This document shows, piece by piece, positions 49,802 to 60,811 of a stretch of 64,000 nucleotides of DNA. A program made the translations under genes and the position numbers. Origin of the DNA: Vitrella brassicaformis CCMP3155 (lineage: Eukaryota > Protista > Chromerida); NCBI GenBank assembly GCA_001179505.1, contig CDMY01000929.1, positions 62,001 to 126,000 of the forward strand. The letters are read 5' to 3'. The notes under the pieces are model-generated. The model ran no database searches, had not been told where the DNA came from, and saw nothing but the letters and a program-made list of their open reading frames with translations. Numbering within the stretch: the stretch's first letter is position 1; the number at the start of each line of letters is the position of its first letter.

Positions 49802-52465
49802 ATGGTGTTGCTCTACAACGGAGTCGACGACAGTCAGGTGCACACGCCGACACACACTCATTCCCACGTTCTGTGCTTGTGTTTGTTGCGCGTAGCTCAC
49901 CACAGGAGAGATCAGGTCAGCAAACGCACTTGCACAAGAAGGAGGACGATGCACTTGTCGATTCATCGTGTGGCGTGTTGCCTGTGTGTGTGCCCACAAG
50001 GCATACCTGACAGAAGAGCAGAGGCGCATCAAGGTCTTGCAGCAGTACCTCGTCAGCGAGTACGCAAAGCTGCACAGCCGCTCACTCGTACTCATCGAGT
50101 GTGTGTGTGTGTGTCAGGGGTGTCCGTGATCCCAGTGACTTCCCAGTGGTGCCTCCAGTTCATGTGAAGGAGTGGGAGCAACGGCAGCAGCAGCAGCAGC
50201 TCGAGCCTCCCACGCCGGCCGATGACGCATACCAATACAATGACCGGGGTAAGGGTGGCGTGCATGCTTCTTGCCTTATCGTGTGCGCATTCGCCTGCGC
50301 CCGTATGTGTGTGTGTGTGTGTGCAGGTGAGAGCCCTCAGGCTCTCACCTGCAGCGAGGGAGGGAGTCCCACCTCGGCAGAACAGAAATTGGGTAGGTAG
50401 TGCACTGACAGACACGCCGATACGATACACACATTCATACTCGCTCGGTCTATGGCTGCGTGCGTGGCGTGTTGCAGCGCCCTCTCCCCAGCTATACGAC
50501 GACGACAGCAGCAATGTAGAGGCGATGCCGCCCATCCACACCCCCACAACCGCCATGGACTCGCCGCCGTCGACATCTGCCTGGCCGCACGGTCCGCCCA
50601 AACTCATACCATCGTGCAGGTTTATGTAGTTGCATTCTACTCTCTGTGTGTGTGCAGGCAATCGCGGCTCTCATGCACGAGTTCGCATGATGGCGAAAGA
50701 ACAGGCATGTGTTGTCTGTGGTGCGGCTATCTACCTTCATGTGACGTCTATGTGCGTGTGTGTGTGCGCAGGGGGCCCAGCTGCTCGGAGCATTCGTGAA
50801 AGCCGCCGGGACATACGAGGACGTGCGTCTGTGTGTGGGCACCGGATGCACGTAACCCCCAGTGACTTGCACGTTGTTGTGTGTTGACCTGATCAGTTCC
50901 TCAAGCAAGTGCAAGACGTCACCATGACACATCAGGTACCTTACACGCCTACCAACACGACACACATACACACATGAAGGGGTATACACACGCTGCACAC
51001 GCGTTTCTGTGTGTGTCTGCAGGTGGATGAGCTCCTGACGGAAAAGTGCAGCGAGTGGCGGTCGCTGTCGAGAGGTGAGCTCACTTGCACACGCACACGC
51101 ACACGCACACTCGTACATCATCCATACGTACGTGCGGGCCGCGTGCGTCTTTCGTTTCGTTTGTTCTTCAGTATCCCAGCTGCGCGAGGCGTACAAGGAG
51201 CTGACCAAGCGCCTCTATTGCGTTAGTGGCCATACACACATGAGAAGTGGCTCTATGCGACGCGACACGTGAGTGTGTGTGTGTGTGTCAGCGGGCCCCC
51301 GGCAGCTGCCGCAAGCTCGAGCACAGTGACCTGCAGACCGCCAAACACTCGAGTACGGCTTTCGCACACGATTTGCTGATTGAATGCCTTTACGTGCTTG
51401 TCTGTGTCCATATCCACATCCGCCTGTGTGCAGAGGACGGCCCCCGGTGCGACTTCGACAACTCTTTCATTCGCTTCTTGCGCGACTTCTTTATCGCCAA
51501 CTATGTCAAGGTATCTCCGCAGACACACACACATGAGTCCCTCTGCACGTCAATGCATTCATTAACGCAGATTGGCGCCCTCACTGTGGACAATTCGCGG
51601 CACTCTGCTGTGGATCAGCTGACCATCAAAGTCGACGAGACGCCCCTACTCGACGAACACCGTATGGCACATGTCACAGGCAGACAAACACGATCACCGA
51701 ACAGGTGTGTGTTTCTTCACCTGGTGCATTCGTTCATGACACGCAGATCGTCTGGGTCAGAAGGATGGCGGTCTCAACTGGGCGTGGAAGGCCACCATGA
51801 AGCAGGGCAAGTGCACGCAGGTGCGCACCACACACGTGTCCATGTGCGTGGGTGGGTGAGGATATCACTTCTCCCCATCTTTCTCTGCGTGTGCAGGTCT
51901 TTTTCATGATGACCTACTGGCCACACGACATGCTGCAGGCAACCACCACCACCACCACCACCACGATGACAAATACACACGTGTGCATCCATCCATATGC
52001 ACATCCTTGTGTGTGCAGGCTGTGTGCGACAAGTTCGCCGAGGTGGTCAACGACTTCATCAGCAAGAAAGGGCGCCTCAAAGAACCACCCAGGTGAGCGA
52101 GGCACCCACACCCACACCCACACATGTGTACGTGTCTGCTTTGTATGGTTGTCAGGGTGTGGAACAACCTGAGGACGCCTCTATATCTTGCCTTCACCTC
52201 GCCCACACTCAGGAGCTGGGACACACTGGTACGCTACGCTCACAGACACCAACACCCACCCTATGATATGCGCATGCATTAGTCACAAGTCCGTTCGTTC
52301 GTTCGTTCATCTGGGTGTGGTGTGTGTATGCAGCAAGTGTGGGCGTCTTGCAACCGGCCTTCAGGCCCGCACTACGACTTCAGAGGCCACGAGCCTCCCC
52401 CTCAGAGCAGCCGAGACCACGCCAGCAGGCCGAGCAATCGCGGCGGCGGCGGATACAACTGCTGA
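49802..52465 (+). CDS. Gene X copy B (longer, apparently more intact paralogue)
   Basis: About 15 small exons homologous to 23810-26008, including IGALTVDNSRHSAVDQLTIKVDETPLLDEH, RLGQKDGGLNWAWKATMKQGKCTQ and VWNNLRTPLYLAFTSPTLRSWDTL. Phasing of the N-terminal exons was not fully resolved. Confidence 0.65.
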
Positions 52466-53357
52466 CACAGACAAGGTGAAAGACTCCTCTTGTGTCGTGT
52501 GTCGGGTGTGCTTCCTACCTCCAACTTGGAGTCCTGTTTGGCTTCGAAAACCCAGTTGTCGAGTAAGAGTTGGGCTACGTGCTCGGCGCTGTCGTCATCA
52601 GGGATGCCGATGCTGGCCTTGAGAAAGATCCACATGGCCTCGGACACACCCTTATGCTGCTACATGTCTGTGCTGTGTTGTGTGTCAGTGTGGTGGTCGT
52701 GGTGGCGGTCGTGGTGGCCGAGGCAGACAGAGCGGAAACAACAGCGGCATCTTCTGAGCGACAGATACGTGATACATGTGCGTTTAATCGATCAATTCGC
52801 CGTATGAGAGGTCTTTTTTTTCTGTGTGTCTCCGTGTCTGCTGGGCTGTGAGCGAGACATGGAGAGGTTTCTGTCCGCACATTTGAGAGACACATTTGAG
52901 CAGGAAAGCGCTGCCATGGTCCGTGACGGATGGATGACAGGTGGATCGCCGTGACGCGCTGAGGGCCTTGTAGGTGCGTGCTGGCAGTGTCGTGTGCCTG
53001 TTTTGCTGACTGAAGTACATGCGGATTCAGCTGTGAATGGTTCGTGCATGCCTGTGCCTTCCATCTCTGTCACGGAGGGATTTCATTCGCATGCACCTGT
53101 CTGTCTGTCTGTCTGTCTGCACACACACGCGTCCACGGATGAGTCCATCCCATGCGGCCGGACGCACCACATACAGCCAGCTTGCACATAGACCATCCCA
53201 CTAACGGCCCGCCAGCCAGCCAGTCAGCCGCCCAGTCACCTTCGAGCCAAACGACCATCCTGCATGATAGAGACCAGCACACAGGCGTCTTATGCATACA
53301 CATCAAATGCATGTCTGCATCAGGTGTGTGACTCTCACCCTGTAGATGGTCGTGAGT

Positions 53358-55364
53358 CTAAGGCGCCTGGCCATCAAGCACGATGGCTGTGGTCGGCCCG
53401 AGGACGCGACGCACCATGGCGGCCGTCCGTGGGAACCGCTGGGCGAAGGGCGCATTATGGGGGACACCTCCTGCTGGCGCCTCGGTGGTGCGAATGGTGA
53501 CGCGTACTGCATGCGGACAAGACCACAAAGTCAGACAATACGACAGCATGTTCACGTGTTAGGGGTGTATTGTGGGCATGTCATTCCCTCACGTGTATGG
53601 GTATCATTCTGGTTGTCGCCTGGGGGGATGCCAAAGACAATCCATGCGACGAATGGATCATCGGCCGACGTCAGCACATGCAGCTGCGCACGGGCCCCAC
53701 CGACCCGCTCCCATGCCAACACGTCCGGGCACTCGGCGAGGGGCGTGTGTGGCGATCGAGTCATGATGCTGTCGAGGTGGCCACCACGCGCACCCCTGAT
53801 ACACACATCAATAACGCACCACATAGCCATTCGCCCTCTCATTGTGTGCCGTCCATCCGCTCACCGGTCTACCACCACTGCTGGCAAGTCGGTGAAGCCG
53901 CCCAGAGCCACCACCCGATGAACCAGCAGCAGCCCCTTCAGCATGGAACTCGCCGATGCGTAATGAGGCGCGTTATTGACGCCAACCGTCACCCAGCCCA
54001 CATCATCCTGGTACATAATGCGGCTGCGGACTGGCGGGTCGTGCGACATGGCGTGGTGGGTGAAGGGGTGCTGCGAGAAGGGATGGATGGGGCGAGTGAG
54101 CTGGGGGAGGGGCGGGTTGATGGTGAGGGTGAAGTTGGGCTCGTTGCGGATGATGCGGATCTCATTGGTATGGCGGAACAGCTCTAGTGTGCCGTCTAGC
54201 TGGCCGCCGGGGAGCTGGAAGGCCACATGGCGACCGACGAGCATCCACTGTGCACAGAAACGGGGCAGCACCAAGAAGTCCTGCAGCCAACACACACGCA
54301 TCCAGCAGCTCACCGATTGCCTCTTCTGTGTGTCGTGCTTACCGCCTTGGTGACGTGTGTCTGCAGATTTCTCGCACCCACAGTGACCGGCAGGTGGCAG
54401 CAGCCGCACTGCTCGGCGAGTCTGAGTGTGTCGCCCACCTCCCGCCAGCCGCCCTCGCCCCCCTCCTCCACCACCCACATGGCCTTCATCACATCGCCGT
54501 CGCTCAGCTGATCGTCGAACTGCACCCACCGCTCACCCCCGCCCGCTCGATGGCCTTCGGCAGCCGAAGGCGGCGGACGATCGGCCGGAGGGAATTTCTG
54601 ATGGATCGGGCGGCCGACTTGAGGTGGGCGACCGTGGTGAGGTCAGACAGTGCCAAGATGATGCTCATGGGCTCGGCGGGAACGTCAGTCAGGTGCAACC
54701 GTCGGGGCTGATGACACACAGAAAGAAAGACATGCACACGACACCCACACACAAAAGAGGTGCACACCACATCAGTGTGGGTCTTGTGTGCCTGCCTGCC
54801 TGTGGTCACTCACTCACCTGTGTGCGGCTATGTGTTGTGAGTGCGATGGTCGAGTTGATGGTATCTGCCAACTCGGCCAGCAGGACGGACACAGCAGCAA
54901 ATTGACGACTCACCTTGGCCACCATCTGACGAATGAATCAACACGACGAGAGCAACTCCAAGCAAGTGGACTCCACAGACACACAGAGGGCTTTGTGGTG
55001 TGTGGTGTCTTTGGCAGCCTGCCGCACCAGTGGTGCCATCGAAGCTGCGGTGTCCATCTGGAGGAGTTGGTCGATGCAGCTGTTGACCTGCACACCACAC
55101 ACACACACAAGCAGCCGGTGAGCTTTGGATGCACTGCATGGAATGGACGAGTTGGTGGGTGTGTTGTTCGGCTGATACCTGAGCCTGCTTCAGCCGATAG
55201 CCTTCTACCTGGGGCAGCAGCCGCGCCCGTACCGCCGCGCTCATCTGCACCAAACCGATGACAAACCACACACAGAGAGCACAAATGGTTCACGTCATGG
55301 TGCAGGGATTTGCCTGGCCTAGAGCTTCCTCTTCTCTCACCTGAGCGGCGGCACTGGCAGCCAT
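53358..55364 (-). CDS. Gene Y copy B
   Basis: Same exon structure as copy A (MAASAAAQ | MSAAVRARLLPQVEG ... LDGQAP*), with introns conserved as well. Confidence 0.75.
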
Positions 55365-55546
55365 CGCACCCAAGAGCGAAAGCTGTGGATCTGAGTGCTG
55401 TTTTGTGGCGTCAACGGGCTCTGCGCGCCTCTGTCGTCGCCATGCTACATTCTCTTCGTCTGCCTTTGATCTCTGTCGATTGCCTGCACGTAAGCTCGCA
55501 CGTAAGGTCGCAGGTGACCGCTGCTGAACGTTTGATTAGCCCAAGG
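55365..55546. promoter_or_regulatory. Putative bidirectional spacer (182 bp) between Y(-) and the BTB-TLDc gene(+)
   Basis: Reverse-complement homologue of 26009-26186 (shared agcatggcgacgacag, gagcccgttga.gccacaaaacagcactc and agctttcgc...ttgggtgc). Confidence 0.6.
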
Positions 55547-57561
55547 ATGGCGGATCTCAGCTGCCAGATTGCGGCAGGGAGGCGGCAAACGTCATTGATC
55601 AATGAGGAGATCACCAAAGTGGAGGCCGAGATGAGCCAGCGCATCACAGAGATTGGCGGCATTACAGACTTCCAGGCGCTGTCCACCGACCAGATGGCCA
55701 CAGACAAGCTTGACCTGAATGTCAGCGGCGAGATCTTCCGCGGCGGGCGCCGCTCCACTCTCTGCGTCAGGAAGGGATCTGTGCTGGCCTCTCTGTTCTG
55801 CGGCCGCTTCGACGGTGCGGTCATCCGCGATTCGAGCAATCGCATCTTCCTTCCCGCATACCCGCCTTCATTCAGATGGTCAGTGAAGCGACAGGCGAGT
55901 GGAAGCCTGTCTGGCTCACGTGCTATGGCTGGTGCGTGTTGTGTGTGTGTGTGTGTCAGGTTGGTTGAGCAGCTGCGCCACTATGAGCTGGGCGACATCG
56001 ATGTCATCGCTCTGCCGGCTCCGAAACAAACAGATCTGTCGTACAAGTGAGTGAGTTGCCGACATCAGACGAGCCCACACTACTGAAGGATGCTTGTCCT
56101 GGTGTGTGTGTGTGTCAGGTATTGGGTGGATGCTCTCCTCTACGACCCATCGGCCAGCCAAGCCAGCAATGAGGACGCCAACACCACCGCAAGTGCGGCC
56201 AACGGCAGCAGCAGCAACTCGGCCGTGCGCCTCAGCACCGAGCTGACCGCCACACTGAAGCGCATTGAGGAGGCCAAGACGGCCGAGCTCGCTCGACTTG
56301 AGGCCGTCAAACCCCTCCTCAAAACAGGCAACGCAGACGACGATCAGGTTATCATAGAGACCGATAGGAAGCCTTGATGAGCATTATGGCGTGTCGGCTG
56401 TCTGTTCAGTTGGTGTCGATTGATGTGTTGGGGTCGAGTGTCACCGTCACCAACGCGGCCGCCAAGTCGGTGGGAGCCGAGGACAGCATGTTCTACGGAC
56501 GATTCACACGGTGAGTGACACAAAATGGCATTGACATCCACACACCAATGACTGGGATTCGTTGCTTCAGTTACGACCCTTCTACCGATTGCGGCCTCGA
56601 CTGTGTCCGTCGCATTGCCGACATCGCCGTGCGCGCCCACCAGGAGCGCCGCGCTACTACGTCGGCTGACGTGATGGGTGCCATGGGTGACGTCGTCCCG
56701 TCGCTTTTCCGTCGAGGGCTGGACGTCTTCGGCATCGATGCCGATCGGCACCTCGGCCCGACTGACGGCCTTCTCACGAGCCAGCACCTGCACAACATGA
56801 ACCAGTGGGGACAGAAATGGAAAGATCCATCACCTCCTACGCTGCCCACTGATGTCGGCGAGGCCACTCAGCGCGTGTACAAGTAAGCAGCAGCAGAGGA
56901 ATCGACGGACACGGACGTATCGGTGCCATGATGCCTTCCGTTTGCAGGGCGTCGGCCGATGGCTGGACTTCCTGGACGCCGTCAAGGACCACTCACCGCT
57001 AATCATCCTCATGCGGGCCAAAGACAGGTAGAGACTGGCATGCATGATGCACGTGACGGGCCGAGGAGTGAGCTGTGTCGATTGCTTCCTTCCAGTGGCG
57101 AGCTGTTTGCGATGGTCGTTGCTGGCAAGATCGACGTGTCAGGACCGACACAGACCATGCCATCTACGCCTTGCTTCAGCTACAAGCTCGAGGGCACGGC
57201 GGACTGCCCCTACATCGGGGGTTTCCCCTACATCGGGGGTTTCTCCTCATCGGGGTTTTCCTTTCTGGCTGGGATTGAGGAGAAGACAGAGACCAAGGAC
57301 CTGACCAATGCGCCGTCGCGTCTGTCCTGCCTGCTGGCCGCGGCGGGCATGAACATTGGCATTCCCCAGGGCGGCGTCCCCCCCAAGGCAGCCATGGACA
57401 CACTGCTCAACCGGTGCCAGGGCTGGTCAACCGATGCCATGGAACCGGAGGAATGGGCTGGCTGGCAACGACCGACTGCCTGTGATGATTTCTTCCGTCC
57501 CGTGTCTGGGTTGGGTTTTCACTTTGAGCTCCATGAAATGGAAGTTTACAGCGTTGCCTGA
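55547..57561 (+). CDS. Coiled-coil + KCTD-type BTB/POZ (plus a second degenerate BTB) + TLDc-like protein
   Basis: BTB1: LDLNVSGEIF..RRSTLC..KGSVLASLFCGRFD....RDSSNRIFL. BTB2-like: VSIDVLGSSVTVT...DSMFYGRF. TLDc-like end: FLDAVKDHSPLIILMRAKD...FELHEMEVYSV*. Confidence 0.75.
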
Positions 57562-58218
57562 ATGGGCGGGCATGAGCTGCACTTTTTGCCCTCTACACAT
57601 CTTGTGCAGCCATGGCTTCATGCGGATGCTCATAGGTGAGTGAGAGTGAGAGGGACGGAGTGGGCCGGGGAAAAGGTCCCTATTTTTCTGCTTTATCGAA
57701 GGCAGGAGGAGTGAGGGGCGGCGTCTGGCTGTGACATTGTTGGCATGTGCGTTGACGAGCGTCTATGGTCGAGTCGATGGCAGTATGTTGGCTCTCGTGG
57801 GTGGATGGTGTGGATGGTTGTGTACAGCTCGCTGAAAGATAAGTCAGCCCCCACACACAAGACACGAAGAGGGAAATCAGAGGGAATCAATGACTGGCTC
57901 TTCGACCGGTTCTGCAATGACAATACAGACATACACACAGTCCTCGTTTATGGCCTAGTTTGTTTATGACGGGGCCTTGTACTGATAGATGGCTTCGTCA
58001 GACAGACAGAGATGGATCGGTGGTGCGACGCATCGCCACACCTGAACCCATTCAAGTGTCTGTCTGTGGACACTCTGCACGTCCGTCCACGGAAGAGTCC
58101 ATTCTCACTCGGTCCCATGCACTAAATCATGCACCAGCAGAAATGATTGATGCACTCACCAGTCCGCCCGCCCGCCCACCCGCCCGCCCGCCAAACAGAC
58201 AGTCAGCTGCTTACGTAC

Positions 58219-58269
58219 GGTGCCTGGCCGTCGAGGATGACAGCTGCGACGGGGCCGAGGACGCGACGG
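58219..58269 (-). repeat. Detached duplicate of the gene Y terminal coding segment
   Basis: Encodes RRVLGPVAAVILDGQAP, like the C-termini of Y copies, and lies about 400 bp 3' of copy C. Confidence 0.8.
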
Positions 58270-58658
58270 TGCATGCCATGCACCGTGGTGGGTGAGATCT
58301 GCACGCCATGTGGGAACCACATTCTAAAGACATGCACCATTCATCACACGCAGAATTTGCGCAGCGCCGCACCGCGCCACACCTGTCCGTCTGTCTGTCT
58401 GTCCGTCCGTCTGTCTGTCTGTCTGTCTGTCCGCGCACTACACGTCCCCGGATGAGTCCATCATGCAGCAGCAGATATGAGATGCACACACCGCCAGACA
58501 CGCAGCCCGCCCTACCGCCCGCCCACCGGACAGTCAGTCAGTCAGCTACTTCTGTGGCGATCCTTGACGCCAGTCAGCCTGCGCAACACACCCCAACACC
58601 CACACAATCCGCACCATCAGGTACCCTCTGCATCATCTGGGTGGTCCCCACCGTGTAC

Positions 58659-60620
58659 CTAAGGCGTCTGGCCGTCGAGCACGATGGCCGCGATAGGGCC
58701 GAGAGCGCGACGGGGTTTGGCGGCCGTCAGGGGGAATCGCTGAGCGAAGGGCGCATCCTGAGGGACACCTGCTGCTGGCGCCTCGGTGGTATGGATGGTG
58801 ACGTGCACTGCACGCACACAAAGCAGAGCAAACGATCAGACACAACAAGGCAGCATGATGATGTGCTGTGCGTGTGCATGCGTACCGTCCTGGTTGTTGC
58901 CTGGGGAGATGTTGAAGGACATCCACGCGATGAATGGGTCGTCCGACGTCGTCAAGAAATGCAGCTGCACGCACCGCCCACTGGCCGCCTCCCATGTCGT
59001 CACGCCCGAGCATCCGTTGAGGGCCGTGTGCGGTGATCGGGTCATGATGCGGTCGAGGTGGCCACCACGCACACTCCTGACACACACATCAATAACGCAC
59101 CACATAGCCATTCGCTCTCTCATTGCGTGCCATCCACTGACCGTTCCACCGCCACTGTTGGCGAGTGGGAGATGACCCCCACAGCCAACACCCGGTGAAA
59201 CAGCAACAGGCCCTTCAGCATGGAACTCGCCGATGTTGAGACGGCGCCACCATTGGCACCGGCCGTCCCCCAGCCCACACCCTGCTGCCACAGAATGCGG
59301 CTCCCGACTGGCGGGTCGTGCGGCTTGGCGTGGTGGGTGAAGGGGTGCTGCGAGAAGGGATGGACGGGGCGGTTGGGGAGGAAGAGGGGCGGGTCGATGG
59401 CCATGGTGAAGTTGGGCTCGTTGCGGATGGCGCGGATCTCGTTGTTGTGTCGGAACAGCTCGAGTGTGCCGTCTTGCTGGCCATTGGGGCGGCGGAAGGC
59501 CACATGGCGGCCGACGAGCATCCACTGCGCAAACACACAGGGCAGCGCCAAGAAGTCCTGCAGCCAACACACATCGGCACCCACAAATCCAACAGCTCGC
59601 CCATTGCCTCTTCTTGCTTACCCCCTTGGTGGCGTGTGTCTGGAGGTTTGCAGCACCCACAGTGACCGGCAGCTGACAGTAGCCGCCATGCTCAGCGAGT
59701 CTGAGCGTCCCGCCCACCTCCCGCCAGCCGCCCTCGCCCCCCTCCTCTACCACCCACATGGCCTTCATCACATCGCTGTGGCTCAGCTGATCGTCGAACT
59801 GCATCACACCGCTCAGCCCCGCCCGCTCGATGGCCATCGGCAGCCGAAGGTTGCGGGCGATCGGCCGGAGGGCGTTGGTGACGGGTCGTGCAGTCGACTT
59901 GAAGCGGGCGATAGCGGTCAAGTCAGACTGTGCGATGATGACGCTCAGGGGCCGGGCGGGGAGGTCATACAGGTGCAACCGTCGCGCCTGATGACACAGA
60001 GAAAGAAAGGCAGGCGACATATCAGACACATACATACCTTCACGTGTATGGGTCTTCCGTTTGTGCCTGCCTGTGGTCACTCACTGACCCACCTGTGTGC
60101 GGCGGTGTGTTGTGAGTGCGATAGTCGCGTCTAAAGTGTCCGCCAGCTGGGCCAGCCTGTCTGATTCTGTGGCGACGTGACGGTTGATCGTGTCGAGCAT
60201 CTGGTGAGCGAAGCAGGTGAGAGCAGCACCAATCAATCAAGACACGACGATGACAGACACGCAGAGGCTATTGTCTTGTGCTCCCACCTGGGGTGTCATC
60301 GCACCGGCGTCCATCTGTGTGAGTCGTTCGATGCATGCGTTGACCTGCACACTACACAATCAGCACAAGCGAACAAGCAACTGAGCAAAGAGAGATGGAT
60401 GCACCGCAAGGACGTGTGTGTGTCTGTGTGCGCGCGTGTGGATGGTCAGTATGAACTGGGCGAAGACACACAGAGTACCTTCTCCTGATTCCGCCGGAAC
60501 TGTGCGAGCTGCTGCTCCTGCATCCGCAAGGCAACCATCTGCGCAGGACAACACAACCATGCAGCATCGCTCACTCGGCCCACATGCCCCTCCTCTCACC
60601 CGAGTTTCAACGAGATCCAT
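58659..60620 (-). CDS. Gene Y copy C (divergent N-terminus)
   Basis: Exons read MDLVETR | MVALRMQEQQL | VNACIERLTQ ... RLHLYDLPARPL ... LDGQTP*. Its 3' flank (58310-58658) matches the flank of copy A (28171-28440). Confidence 0.72.
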
Positions 60621-60811
60621 CTAAGCGGCGATGATGAATTACAACGCTCCGTGGCAGCTTCACCAGGCTCTACAAGCCTCCCGCATCGTCTCACACTCTG
60701 CTCGCAAAGAAAAAGGGCGGCCCTTGCGAGCTTGAGAGTGACGCAACAGGGCCATTCGCAGTGCTACATCTGTGCGTCACTGTTCCCCGGCTATAGTGTT
60801 TTCTCACAGAA

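Noticed and set aside
23400-55364. Single large inverted segmental duplication or giant TIR element
   Set aside because: Gene order between the two blocks is permuted rather than mirrored, and there are no terminal repeats or transposase.
56600-56720. Histone H4-like phrase (VRRIADIAVRAHQERRATTSADVMGAM)
   Set aside because: It follows a degenerate BTB start and lacks the rest of the histone fold; better explained as the helical end of a second BTB domain.
60695-60785. Short inverted repeats (ctcgcaa/ttgcgag; gtgacgca/tgcgtcac) in the Y-C/F-box spacer
   Set aside because: 7-8 bp stems are expected by chance, and they are not conserved in the other Y spacers.
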